From Octopus sinensis (lineage: Eukaryota): a DNA stretch of 64,000 nt. The DNA is taken from NCBI RefSeq assembly GCF_006345805.1, contig NC_043007.1, positions 31,434,001 to 31,498,000 of the forward strand, given 5' to 3'. Shown here piece by piece: positions 37,455-50,512 of the stretch (its first letter is position 1; every line of letters starts with the position of its first letter). Made by a program: the position numbers and the translations under genes. The notes beneath the pieces are model-generated. The model was not told where the DNA came from. It did no database searches and worked only from the letters and a program-made list of their open reading frames with translations.

Positions 37455-37665
37455 TCAAATTTTGGCACAGGGCCAGTAATTTCAAAAGCTGGAGTAAGTC
37501 GAATACGTCGATCCCGGTGCTTAACTGTTATTTATCTTATCAATCCCGATAGAATGGAATGCAAAGTCGATGTCGGCGGAATTTGAACTGAGAACATAAA
37601 GCCGGACGAAATAATGCTGAGCATTTTGTCCGGCGTGCTAACGATTCTGCCGGCTCACCGCTTTA
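37455..37665 (-). mobile_element. SINE family C, degenerate
   Basis: Contains CGGCGGAATTTGAACT..CGGCGTGCTAACGATTCTGCC. Confidence 0.8.
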
Positions 37666-38425
37666 CTGGCATTCAATGGTATTGACTGATTTCTTTTAAA
37701 AGAAGCTCCGTTTCCTAGTTGGATCAACGATATCTCTCTTTGGTATCTGGTGCTGAAGAGAACTAAAACTTCGAAATGCCTTCACCTATCCAACAGAAAG
37801 AATTTTGCGCTGGATATGGCATTTTGACACCTTTTTGTCTTAATCGAGAATGTTTTTCTCCATGACGAACTGCAGTGACAAGCTTTTACATATTCAGATA
37901 TTTCTCAAAATCATTTGAAATGTACTTAAGTTTGTCTCGGTCACTGCTTCACACATCCACTCACGAATGAAATCCCTCATCTTAAAGACAGAGAAAAGTT
38001 TGTTTAACGAAGAAATCGCAACTCAAAAAGAAGCTCTGTGAATCATTCGCGATTAAGACAGCTGTAAATATAATCTTTGAGACCGTCTTTATATTAAGTC
38101 GTTGTGGAAATGATATTTGCATATCTACTCCATAGAGGTAGAATAAACTTAGTAGGGAAAATATGCGAATAACCGAGAAAGGTCCAACTGTGAAGATTGC
38201 TTTGAGGAAATTACAAACGCAAAGGTGTATTACATTTGATAGAATAAAAACACACAGCTGTTTTAAACATGCACAGAAAGAATTTTGGCACCGCTCCAAA
38301 ATGTCTGCACGCTTGCTTTAGTCTAAAATATTTTTGCATATTGAATAACACAAAGTTTATATAACAGGGTTTTCTCATTTCTTAGCTACAAATCACATAC
38401 AAAACATACATACATGCATACATGC

Positions 38426-38460
<35 letters not shown>

Positions 38461-38716
38461 ATATATAATATATATATATATACATATATTTGTTATGTCT
38501 GTTTTATGCACTTCGCTACAAACATCTGAACATTGGTGATGTTGGTAAACAGCGTGACAGAACTATGTAGAGCATAATTGCTTATTGCTACTCTGCCAAA
38601 TAAAGTGCTAGGTACATATTTCGGTAAAGTGTATGAAATGGAATCATAATTTTTCAGACTATTAGCCCCGTCTTCAAGAAAAAGAAGATGTATATATATA
38701 TATGTATATACATATA

Positions 38717-38760
<44 letters not shown>

Positions 38761-38793
38761 TATATATATATATATAGATATATATATATATAA

Positions 38794-39185
38794 AGTGGCT
38801 GTGTGGTAAGTAGCTTGTTTACCAACCACATGGTTCCACATGGTTCCACATGGCACCTTGGGCAACCATCTTCTACTATAGCTTCGGGCCGACCAATGCC
38901 TTGTGAGTGGATTTGGTAGACGGAAACTGAAAGAAGCCCGTCGTATATATATAATATATGTGTGTGTATGTGTATGTTTTTGTGTCTGTGTTTGTCCCCC
39001 CACAACATCGCTTGACAACCGATGCTGGTGTGTTTACGTCCCCGTCAGCTAGCGGTTATTAGAGAGAACGATAGAATAAGTACTAGGCTTACAAGGAATA
39101 AGTCCCGGGATCGATTTGCTCGACTAAAGGTGGTGCTCCAGCATGGCCGCAGTCAAATTGACTGAAACAAATTGAAGAAAAGAAA
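38794..39185 (+). mobile_element. SINE family A
   Basis: Head has a CATGGTTCCA duplication replacing the B box; body, microsatellite and 3' module follow. Confidence 0.88.
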
Positions 39186-39289
39186 ATACTGTAGTCAGGT
39201 TTCTTAGAAACGGGTAGCACGTGCTCCCCTTTTAGAAAACAGTTCCCCGTGTACGTGTGAACCCGTCGTCCCCTGCTCGTTTCCAGCCT

Positions 39290-39665
39290 GTCTGACACAC
39301 ACAACAGTTCACAGCTAATTGCTTGATCCCTCGTTCATATAATTATTACAAGCCGTGCTGTTGGCTGTCACACATGTCCTTGTCATTCCACCTGCCAGCA
39401 GCCAAACCAGTCACCATGCTAGAGACGGGGCTCCCACCTGGTCCTTTAACCTTCTAGAAGAAGCAGCCAAATGTACCTTAAATCATACCCAATTGTCATA
39501 AACGAAACAAGCATGTGTATCCAGGATGGTGTAGTTCTGGATACACCATGCTAAAGCATAAAAAAGGTAGGGTAGAATGATTACGGCTCGAACGTCTTTG
39601 ATCAAAGGCCTCTCTGCTCGATCAAGGTCGACCTGGGGTTAAACAGCAAAGGCAAACAACAAGCC
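39290..39665 (+). mobile_element. Old dispersed repeat family D (SINE-like)
   Basis: The TAGAA..AGCAGCCAAAT..TTTGATCA..GACCTGGGGTTAAACA motif recurs at about 3480-3560(-), 12790-12860(+), 40160-40350(-), 53370-53580(-), 55580-55640(+) and 62470-62650(+). Confidence 0.65.
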
Positions 39666-40757
39666 ACTGACTGTCGATACAATAGCGTTTAGGAGTTGTT
39701 TTGTTAGATGACATAACACGTGCAAATGGCGTCGGACGATTGTGTGCGTTTGCGTTAGCTGAGTCAGTAGAGAGGGGAGCCTGTGAAGATAAGATTAGAA
39801 GAGGAGGGAAGGGAAAAAATGGTGGTGGGTTTTTTTTTTTATATAAGGACAAATAGATAAAGAGAATTAGGAAAAGGGGCAGGGAGTGCAGGCATAGCTG
39901 TGTAGTTAAGGAGCTCTCTTTGCAACCACGTGGTTTCGGGTGTAGTCACATAACGCGGCAACTTGGGAAAGTGTCTTCTGCCTCGGGCTGACCAATAACT
40001 TGTGAGTGAATTTGCTGAGCGGAAATCGCGAAGAAGCCCGTCGTCCTATCTAGATTTCGGTCTAGAGATCCAGTCTTTTTTATGTCGTTGTTTGTTCCTT
40101 CTCGAGCCTTGCGTGGCTCATAAGGGCCGGTTTCCCGGTTTCATTGACACAGTTGAGAAAAAAATTGGCTAATATTTCTAGCAATTCGTGTGACCACGTA
40201 GAGGCTCTCTTACTGGCTTGATGGTCGGTTTGGCTGGCAGGTGGAATGACAGGGACATGTAAAACATCGTACAGCAGCCTTCAGCATGGCTTGTAATAAT
40301 CACACAAATGGGGGTCGAGCAGTTAGTTACGAGCTGTTAACTGTGACAGGCCCGGGGGGTGGGGGTGGGGGGCGAGCAGAAGACGGAAAGAAACTCTGTT
40401 GATATTCACCACGCTTTGACCTTTGTATTCAACTAACAATTGTTTTCCCTTATTACCTCCCCCTTTTTCCTCCCCCTCTTATTCTTCGCTACTAATTTTT
40501 TCCCTCTCTCCCTCTCGCTACCCTTAACTTATTTATCCAATATCGGTAAACAACTCGTTTTTCTCCGACGAAAAGGTTCCGCCCGAAATGCTAGACACCT
40601 ACTTTTTCCCTCGTCATAAATAATTTATTCCATTTTGTGAACTTTATCTGAATAAAATGTACTTTGCTAAAACTGAAAGACTGCAATGTTGCTGCTGTTG
40701 TTTAACCCCAGTTTAACACTGATCGAGCTGAAAACGAGGACGAAATGCTGTCTAGGC

Positions 40758-40976
40758 CAGTGCTTTTCAAACTTTTTGCTGGAGTGGAACCCCAAGGAAA
40801 CATTCCACTGGCTCGAGGAACCCCTGTGCAATATTTTAATAGTCTTATGCACACATACCTGCACAGGAGAATTAAAAATTGCTGCCGATTTTAGCAGTTT
40901 TGTAACTTCTTGCGGAACCCCTGGACTGTACTGGTGGAACTCTAAGGTTCCGTGGAACCCTGGTTGAAAACCACTG
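40758..40976. mobile_element. hAT-Charlie MITE with perfect 8-bp TSD
   Basis: TIRs CAGTGCTTTTCAAAC / GGTTGAAAACCACTG. The TSD GTCTAGGC is at 40750-40757 and 40977-40984, close to the Charlie NTCTAGAN preference. Confidence 0.92.
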
Positions 40977-41280
40977 GTCTAGGCTAAAATTATTCTGGAG
41001 CCTTGGGACTCGTAAGAACGGTTGCCAGGTTTTCGTGGTGTATAAATGGCCGAAGATCAAAACATTCCCTTTGAACTGGACGTCGACCTGTTTCAGGGTT
41101 CAAGCCAGCAATTTGAGGTGAGGAGACAAGTCGATTACATTGCTCGCGATACATGAACGATACTTTATTTTACAGACACCGAAGGGTGGAGGCAAAGTTG
41201 ACCTCTGCGGGATTTGAACACTGAACGTAAACAGTCAGAAGAAATGACACTAAACATTTTGTCCGACGTGCTAACGATTC

Positions 41281-41512
41281 TTCTTATTTCTTTACTGCCC
41301 ACAAGGGGCTAAATATAGAGGGGACAAACAAGTACAGACAAACGGATTAAGTCGATTTCATCGACCCCAGTGCGTTACTGGTACTTAATTTATCGACTCC
41401 GAAAGGATGAAAGGTAAAGTCGACCTCGGCGGAATTTGAACTCAGAACGCAGCGGCGGACGAAATACCACAAAGTATTTGCCCGGCGTGCTAACGATTCC
41501 GCCAGCTCGCCT
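41281..41512 (-). mobile_element. SINE family C, full length (second degenerate copy at 41100-41281)
   Basis: It is the reverse complement of the 11883-12118 copy, including the tail. Confidence 0.9.
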
Positions 41513-42729
41513 CTACACAGTTTCCGACCATTGACTTGTGAGTAAATTTGGTTGTCAGAAACTGTGTGGAAGCCCGTCTTATGTATGCGTGTTCTGTGTT
41601 TGTCATTGCGTCTGTGTTTGTCACTGCCACACACCGCTTGACAACCGTCATCAGTTTGTTTACACCTCTGTAACGTAGCTATTCGGCAAAAAGACACTGA
41701 GAGAATAAGTACCGTACTTTAAAAAGAGTACTGGATTCGATCTTTTGGACTAAAACCCTGCAAGGTGTTAATATTAATGACTTGTGGGTACGCCGTATTT
41801 CGTTATGTGACCAGAATATACCATGGAGTGTATTAAACGTTGTCTTAGCATAGTCATAATATAAACGTTGTCCCACCCAGCGTAGTCACAGCCATAGTAT
41901 ACTATGAAGTATATTAAACTCTTGTCCCAGCGTAGCCCTACTCCAATGACTGAAACAAAATTTTAACGTAGGCGGCAATAATCCCCGCAAATATCTGAAA
42001 AGTGACACATACTGAACTGGATGGGACGGAAAATATGCTTCGTACGGGAAAATATGCTTCGTAATTAAGCAAACTTGGCTCCCGTGTAATTAAAATTAAT
42101 TTTGTTTTAATTATTTGTAAAATATGCGAAGAGGGCGTTTGCACAATGGGATTTGGTGAAATGAGCAATAGTGTTCGATTTAAGGGATATTTGGCTACTG
42201 TTTCAAGCTGGTGAAGTGACTACGTAGGGCAATGATGGCGAAGCTTATACGCGTGTTGCCCGTTACACAAAGGGGTTTTTTGTTTTTGGTGACGCGTAAA
42301 GGACTTTAAGAAAACCCTCTTGATCTGGCTGAGCATTATCTTCAACAAGTGTCTTTTCCACCATTGCATGTTGACCATTACCTTGCGTGTAGAATTTGGT
42401 ATAATTTGTTGCGCAGCACCTTGGGAAAGTGTCTTCTACTATAGATCTGAGACGATGAATGTCTTCTGAATTTGTTACACGGAAACTGTATGGAAGCTCA
42501 CCATATGTGTGTGTTTGCCTCCCCACTTGCTTGATAACTGGTGTTCGTTTGTTTAGATCACCATGACGTAGCGGATTGGTAAAAGAGTATCGATAGAATA
42601 GGTATTAGACTTCAAAAAATTAGCGCTAGGATCGCTTTGTTCAATTAATAGAACACCTTTCAAGGAAGAACTCCAGCATGGCTGAAGTTCAATGAATGAA
42701 GCAATTAAAAGAAGAAAGTTTGTAATTTG

Positions 42730-42905
42730 ATTTCAAATTTTGGCACAAGGCCAGCAATTTGATGGTGGTGGTGGTGGGTAAATCAATTACATCGACACCG
42801 GTGCTAAACTGGTACTTAATTATCGACCCCGAAAGGATGAAAGGCAAAGTCGACCTCAGCGGAATTCGAACTCAAAATTAACGATTCTGCTAGCTCGCCG
42901 CCTTA
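42730..42905 (-). mobile_element. SINE family C with internal deletion
   Basis: Contains CGACCCCGAAAGGATGAAAGGCAAAGTCGACC..GCTCGCCGCCTT. Confidence 0.8.
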
Positions 42906-43669
42906 GGCTAATTTGCTGAAAAAAAAAAGCAATATTTAAAAATTTGATAGTTGAAAACAAACAATAAAACGGAAGATTGCTTTCTTTTAGAAAATTACTA
43001 TTTTTAAATCTCAGAACGTGAGATATTCAGCAACAGTACTTTGTAGTAAAGATTGTCTGCCAACATAACATGGCAGTCCTAGGACGAATGTTGCTGTAAT
43101 TTAGCTCCAGGAGACATCGTCTCTAGCTGGCTATATGACACGATCTGTGTCCTTATACAAGGGAATCTAACACCCCCACTCAGCTTAAAACAATGCTTTC
43201 TCTTAATCTAAAAGCTTTTGGAAGGAAGCAACCAGACTTTCGTTTTACACCTGGTAAGACAATACTGTATTTCAGGTAAGTCAATATCTTTCTAGTAAAA
43301 CAATATCCTGGTTTATGTTTGTACTGCAACAGGTACATACTTCATTGTTAGACCACAATGGTTCCGGTTTCAGTCCCACAGTTCAGCAGTTTGGACAGGT
43401 GTCATCTGATAAAAGCTCTGGGTCAATGAGAGCTTTGTGAGTGGATTTGGCAGACGGAAACTGAAAGAAACCTGTTGCGCGCGCGCGCGTGTTTGTGTGT
43501 GTCCCACACTGCTTGACACCTCGTGTCGGTTTGTCTACGTTCTGCACAAAGAGACCCTGAGCCTTATTCTTAAGGCTCAGGGGGAAAAGAAACTACTGGG
43601 GTTGCTTTGTTTGTCTAAACCTTTTAAGGCGGTGCTCCAGTATGCTTGAAATCAAGTAAAAGAAAAGAT

Positions 43670-44091
43670 AATTATAATAATAATAATAATAATATAATAA
43701 TAATGAACTTATTGTATACAGTGCTCAGGTGCACCACAATTTGTCAAAAGTGCGTATAAAGCATATACAGTAATGTACAAATGTCTGGAAAACGAACAGT
43801 GTATGAGTCAGATACATGCTTGTGTGTGTATGGAGGGGAGAAAATCAGGTGTAGTGTTGGCAAATCTCAGGAAGCATGGAAGTTTTGAAGGATGCAGTGC
43901 TCCGACAACTAACAACTGATGCCGGCAGTTTGTTCCATGCTTCACCAACTCTTAGCGTGAAAAAATGTTTCCTGAAGTCATGGGAGCTGTGCTGTTTTCT
44001 GACTTTGTAAACATGTCCACGGGTGATAGACAGGTGGAGTTTGAAAAGGGGCTCAGAGTTATTGTTTGTACGATGGTTGATAATTTTATGG
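43670..44091 (-). mobile_element. CR1-clade LINE 3' end with (TTA)n tail
   Basis: The minus strand translates to HKIINH..TRGHVYKVRKQHSSHDFRKHFFTLRVGEAWNKLPASVVSCRSTASFKTSM..HYT*, with the CR1 TRGH and FF..RV...WN.LP motifs. Confidence 0.9.
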
Positions 44092-44540
44092 TAAGCGATA
44101 ACATTTAGAAATTGTCCTTTTGTGTGTGTGTGTATATATGTGTATGTATTTGTGTGTGTGTCTTGTGTGTGTGTCTTGTGTGTGTGTATGTAGCAGTAAC
44201 TCTATCCAGATGTGAGAGCAGCTCTCTATTGTTGGTCTTTGAAGAAAATTGATAACTGCTGGTGGGAAAACTCTAAAGTGAAAAGTTGGTCTTTAAGATG
44301 CGGTCTTTGATATGGCGAGGATGTACGTTCGTCAGAAGAGATCCTCAACTGGTTCTTATGAGTCTCCTCTTTGGCTGAAGGTCAATCTTCAAAAACACTC
44401 GCTTTTTCTCTCGGCTTCCTCTCCTCTGTTCCTCTCTCCTTCCTCCTCTCTCTCTTACACACACACACAATCGTCCCAATATATACATTTATGTATAATG
44501 CATATTATCTTTTACTTGTTTCAGTCATTAGATTGCGGCC

Positions 44541-44623
<83 letters not shown>

Positions 44624-44830
44624 ACGGGAAGCTTTATGAAAATAGACATAAGACGAAGGCAGGTTTACGGAAATAAACAAATGACGAAGGCAGGTGGAAT
44701 ACAAACAAACAATTGTATTAGTATGGCGCTCAGGAAATATAAATAAAACAAGTCTTTAACGTTTCGAGCCTACGCTCTTCAACAGAAAGATACACAGAGA
44801 AGAAACACAGAAAGAAAGAGAGAGAAAAAA
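44624..44830 (-). mobile_element. ~200-bp Penelope-like element with minimal hammerhead motif (CTGTTGA core, 44752-44790)
   Basis: The minus strand reads TCTTT-CTGTTGA-A-GAGC-GTAG-GCTC-GAAAC-GT-T-AAAGA. (TA)n flanks it. Confidence 0.75.
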
Positions 44831-44850
44831 AAAATATATATATATATATA

Positions 44851-45040
44851 GCAAATAAGAAAATGGAGGAGAACAATAGTTGGTTCATCAACTTTAGGAC
44901 ATTAAAAATGTTAACTTATTTACTTATTAAACTGATAATTATAATAACCAACATACATATAGCATATTATTCTAAGTTAACATTTTTAATGTCCTAAAGT
45001 TGATGAACCAACTATTGTCCTCCTCCATTTTCTTATTTGC
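44851..45040. mobile_element. Fold-back element or MITE with ~68-bp near-perfect TIRs
   Basis: 44851-44918 is the reverse complement of 44973-45040, with one mismatch seen. Confidence 0.9.
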
Positions 45041-45044
45041 AATA

Positions 45045-45443
45045 CTCTTTTACTCTTTTACTCTTTTACTTGTTTCAGTCATTTGACTGCGGCCATGCTG
45101 GAGCACCGCCTTTTTTTTTAGTCGAGCAAATCGACCCCGGGACTTATTCTTTGTAAGCCCAGTACTTATTCTATCGGTCTCTTTTGCCGAACCGCTAAGT
45201 GACGGGGACGTAAACACACCAGCATCGATTGTCAAGCAATGCTAGGGGGACAAACACATACACACACATACATATATACGACAGGCTTCTTTCAGTTTCC
45301 GTCTACCAAATCCACTCACAAGGCATTGGTCGGCCCGGGGCTATAGCAGAAGACACTTGCCCAAGATGCCACGCAGTAGGACTGAACCCGGAACCATGTG
45401 GTTGGTTAGCAAGTTACTTACCACACAGCCACTCCTGCGCCTA
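45045..45443 (-). mobile_element. SINE family A, full length
   Basis: Complete reverse-complement copy with a (AAAAGAGT)n tail. Confidence 0.92.
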
Positions 45444-46422
45444 TAAATTAATGGTAAAATATCTCTTTACCTTCACCCATTTAATACACTAGGTAAGTTA
45501 ATTGCAATGCTTTAAAAAACACTTGTGTATTAATTAATTGGGTATTTTACCTACAGTATATTGGATAGATGTTATCCTTTAGTGGGTTGGACCCACAACC
45601 CCTAACTTTCTTGGAGTTTATATATATATATATGCGCGTGTTTGTGTGTATGACTATATATATACATGTGTGTTTGTGTATGTGTCTATCTGCGTGTATA
45701 TGTATGTGTGTATGAGGCGTATCATTTTCAATGATCACTAGAAGTGCAAGTGGGGTCGGCTGCAATCTTTGATATGAAATGTGAAAGATATTATGATGAA
45801 TGTTCTCATTAGACGCTGTGTTCAGGCTAAATACAAGCGCTACAATTCATCCTTCTTGGCATTCCTATCAAGAAGCCAGCAGTTAATCAGGCGCCAGAAT
45901 GTGGAAAGAGATACATTTTAAAGTTAACATCGGAAGAGCTATTTACACAGCCCTCAGGTAAAGCTAGCAGTTCTAGAAATAGATTGAAGTTTGCTGAAAG
46001 AGATAAGCGTTTATAGATCGGCTGCCATAGCATGGCGGAGAGGCAAGCTATGCTAGAGTTAGGTATGTATATTTGTGCGTTTGCCAGCGTGCAGATATTT
46101 ACTTTTATAAGTAGGATGAGGAGGTTAGCTGCCGGCGAGCAGGGCCTTCGTTTCTCTGTCATAGTTGCGTCTCTACGCTTAGACTAGTGAAATTCGTCCG
46201 GGATCTATATTATTCCTGAAGTTCCATATAAGACTTTTGGACGTCCTCGCAAGCGAAACAGTAAATTGGGGACTCACTGTAGTATATCAAGGATCCACGA
46301 AATTTTTTTTTACTTTAGATGCATTTATTACAAAAACAACCATGTTTCTTTCTCTTATGTTTTACATAGCTCAGCTTACACACGTTAATGAGTGAAAAAA
46401 CAAGATAAGAATTTTGAAAGAA

Positions 46423-46693
46423 AAGAAGCCCGTCGGATATATATGCGTGTGTGTGTTGTGCGTGTGTGTGTGTGTGTACGTTTCTATGTCTGCGTTTGTC
46501 CCCTCCCAACATCACTTGACAATCGATGCTGGTGCGTTTACATCCCCGTAACTTAGCAGTTCGACAAAAGAGACCGATTGAATAAGTACTAGGCTGAAAG
46601 AGAATAAGTTGTGGGGTCGATTTGCTCGACTAAAGGCAGTGCTCCAGCATGGCCGCAGTCAAATGACTGAAACAAGTAAAAGAATAAAAGAAT
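46423..46693 (+). mobile_element. SINE family A, 3' portion
   Basis: Contains AAGAAGCCCGTCG..GACTGAAACAAGTAAAAGAATAAAAGAA. Confidence 0.88.
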
Positions 46694-46933
46694 CTGGAGC
46701 TGGTCGAAGCAGGTTTTTTCTTTCGGTGGCGGATCAGTGTGTGGAACTGAGGCGCGGAAATGACCGCGAAATATCAATAGCTGTCATTCTCTTTCACTTT
46801 GGGGAGGATACAATTGTATATTCACAATTCATTGTAAATGACTGGGACATTCTTCTCCAGGTGATCCCAACTTAGCATTTGATTCCTGACTGAAGCGTTG
46901 TCCATTTTCTTCGTTCACTAACGTACGCGAAAG

Positions 46934-47023
<90 letters not shown>

Positions 47024-47510
47024 CTTCTTCAAGTATCACTTGAAGAAAAAAGTGAGAGTAGAGAGGCAAGTTTTGTCTAGTGAATGTTTTAAAAAAAGAT
47101 GGGTGAATGTAGCAAGGATGGCACGTATGAATGACGAAGCCACCTTGACTATGATTCTATGAACCGTAAAAATTAATACAGAGAGTTGCTTATTTGCAAA
47201 AAAAAAAAAAAAAAAAGAAATATAACATGTGACTTCATTGACCGAGGTTACCGTGGTCTTTTCCGTAGGCTTTTCTTTCCACGGGTAAACCTCACCTGTC
47301 CTCCCCTTTACACTTCATATTGACATTTCTGTGATAACGATCCCTATTCATTTTTTTTTTGCTCTCCCCCCCTTTTTTGTCCTCTTTCTTTCCTTTTACG
47401 ATCCCTTTTGATCGAAAACCACCACTCCCTTTTTTTTTACCCCCAAAAGAAAAGCTCTACCTTGTAATTTGTTCTATCTGTGTGCAGCCCTGTGCGGCTA
47501 ATAAAGAAAC
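47024..47510 (+). mobile_element. 5'-truncated Tx1/L1-like LINE 3' end embedded in (TATC)n
   Basis: 47025-47162 translates to FFKYHLKKKVRVERQVLSSECFKKRWVNVARMARMNDEATLTMIL*, a Tx1-like ORF2 terminus. A pyrimidine-rich 3' UTR ending AATAAAGAAAC follows. (TATC)n lies at 46934-47023 and 47511-47640. Confidence 0.7.
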
Positions 47511-47511
47511 A

Positions 47512-47561
<50 letters not shown>

Positions 47562-47586
47562 CCTATCTACCTATCTATCTATCTAC

Positions 47587-47634
<48 letters not shown>

Positions 47635-48694
47635 TTGTCTATCTGTATGTTTGTCTCTCTCTCTACTCACTCATACACACACACACAGAGGCACGAACGT
47701 CATAGTTTCAACCATCCCCGTTTTATTTTTAAATAACTGTATCGTCCTGAGTTTATGCATGATGTAAATAATAATAATAATGATAATAACGACAACAACA
47801 ACAGCAACAATAGCAACAACAGCAATGGTAATATCGCAGCCCCTATATTGCTTGTACACGTGTGAAGCAAGGCACGGCTGATGACACATGAGCCGTACTT
47901 CTCAGTTTACCTTGAAATATGTAGGACACATTTTCTACGGCATCTGACTTGTATCTTCTCTGCTCCTAGCTTCAGTTTCAGCGAGAAAATTCTCCCCTAT
48001 CCCATTAACCACCAAATGAAACAGGGATCGTATTCTTTCGAGACTCACCACCCCTCACTCTGTGTCATCCCTAGCACCTGCTCTTCGTTTTTCTTGCTAT
48101 TAATAAGCTACTCTGAGGTAATTCTTCTTTGTATAACGGGTGTTGGTTTCGAATTTCCTGACACTTCCTCATTTAACGAAGTCGTTGATTGTGTCGCTTG
48201 CCGTTATTCATATTTTGTATTCAAGTATCAGCGGAATTCTGCTCTGGGGACGGGCTAATCGGGCTTCGTAGCCATAGAAATAGCCCCCTTCTGTAGTATT
48301 CGTAAAGGAAGGGAGACGGAATGTTCGATAACAATTTTTGAGAATTAATCTGTCACACATTCACGTACAAGCGCTCGCGCGTACAAACATGTGTGTGTAT
48401 GTGTGTGTGGATATATATATATATAATAATAGTGTAATAAATAAAATATATGCATACATGCATACATATATGTACGTACCTACATCTACATGTATATATA
48501 CATGCATATATAAATATATATACGTGAGTACAGGACACCACAAATAGACGTTGAACTCAACGAGAAACGAAAACGTAATAACAAACATGGAAACGGACCT
48601 TTTTTAACAACGAAAAAAACAGAGTACAAGACAAACTACACAAGGAAAATTCCCCTTCATCAGCTGTCCTTAGTTCAACTCCAGCGTGTTTCGA

Positions 48695-48804
<110 letters not shown>

Positions 48805-48906
48805 GATAGGTATTCTGATAAACTTATCCAAACACATGTTCACTGTATGATTTTTAACAAAACGCAAACAACTTTTTATTCTCTCTGCTTATTTCTTTGT
48901 GTGTTC

Positions 48907-48943
48907 CTTTCTGTTGAAGAGCGTAGGCTCGAAACGTAAAAGA
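48907..48943 (+). ncRNA. Minimal hammerhead motif (CTGTTGA core) in ~170-bp element 48870-49035
   Basis: CTTT-CTGTTGA-A-GAGC-GTAG-GCTC-GAAAC-GT-A-AAAG. Confidence 0.65.
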
Positions 48944-49034
48944 TTTTCTCACCTTCCCGAGCGTTAAACTAATACACCTGTTGTTGTTTATGCACCTGTC
49001 TTCATCTTTTGTTTTTCTGTAAATTTCATCCATC

Positions 49035-49112
<78 letters not shown>

Positions 49113-49153
49113 CTCCTACACGCATTTTTTCTCTCCTTGTTTCTTTTCTGTGT

Positions 49154-49193
49154 GTCTTTCTGTCGAAGAGCGTAGGCTCGAAACGTAAAAGAC
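49154..49193 (+). ncRNA. Minimal hammerhead motif (CTGTCGA core) in element 49110-49290; duplicate at ~51086-51125
   Basis: GTCTTT-CTGTCGA-A-GAGC-GTAG-GCTC-GAAAC-GT-A-AAAGAC, with a 6-bp stem I. Confidence 0.7.
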
Positions 49194-49962
49194 TTGTTCT
49201 ATTTATATTCCTGAGCGCCATACTAATACATTTGTTTGTTTGTACTCCACCTGCCTTCGTCTTTTGTTTATTTTCGTAAACCTTCCCGTTATATATATAT
49301 ATACATACATACATACATACATATATATATTACCGATACCTCATATTTCGTACCTTGAGTTCTACTACTGCAGGGAATTCTTGGGAAAGCATCCAATGCA
49401 GTGGTTTGAAAACTGAGCGACACCTGTCTTTCTTTAACCCCATTCCCAAAACTTAGGGATAACTTCCCCCCCTCCCGTCTTTACTAATCCTTTACGTTTT
49501 ATGTTTTACTTTTATGTTCCCTGTATAATTCCTCTTCCTCTTCTTACGGTATTGGACGAATTAAAAAAATACGTCTAAAACCATCTAATTTTATTAAACA
49601 TGGAAGTTTGTACCCTTTTCAATCCTCACAGACTTCTCGCTCCTTCGAGAACATTATCCTAACCTTTATTCACTTGGCCAATGCTCATTGATTAGTTATC
49701 CATTAAATCAAGTGTTATCCGATAATACCATGTCCCATATATATAGTCGCCATGATAGATCGGTAGCCACTACACACATTTTTTTCTCTCTCCTTTTTTT
49801 CTCTCTCCTTGTTTTTTTCTGTAGAAGAGCGTAGGATCGAAACGTAAAAGACTTTTTCAATTCCTGAGCGTTATACTATACATGTTTGTTTGTACAACCA
49901 CCTGTCTTCGTCGCTTGTTTTTTTTTTTTTTCGTGAACTCTCCCTATATATATATATATATA

Positions 49963-49999
<37 letters not shown>

Positions 50000-50512
50000 T
50001 ATCTTATTTTAAAACTGCTGAATCTTGATATAAGCTTCGTTACTTTGTCTCTCTCCACCAGGCAAAGAAAACGATATCTTATAGACATCGTTATATTCGT
50101 GACACGCGCGTTTATAGTAACGCGCTTACGATGGTTTTTTTTCTTCTTTTCTCCATGGCTGCCGCAGTGAAAATGTACCCACGCGTTTACTTATTTATAG
50201 ATAAACAGCGTTAAGTGATTTCTTCTTCTTCTTGGGTCAGAGGAGCAATGTCAGTAACCGGAGACGCACTCTTTGTGTCGTTTGCCTGTTCTTATATTTC
50301 TTATTTTTATTTAGTGTCATGTTGCACCATTGACATACACCAAGATCAACACCTGGTTTACTATGACTTATAGTAAAATGTTACTTAATGTTGCGATTCA
50401 AAAAGTCTATTTATATTATTATACCTGCAATGAGAAACATCTTAGCAATAATGACAATTCTTGCTAAGAAAGGCAACGGAGACAACTCCGAAATTTAAAC
50501 TGAATAAAGAAG

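Noticed and set aside
45880-46300. Possible RTE LINE 3' remnant (RLRGRPK on minus strand)
   Set aside because: It is too decayed to support beyond one short motif.
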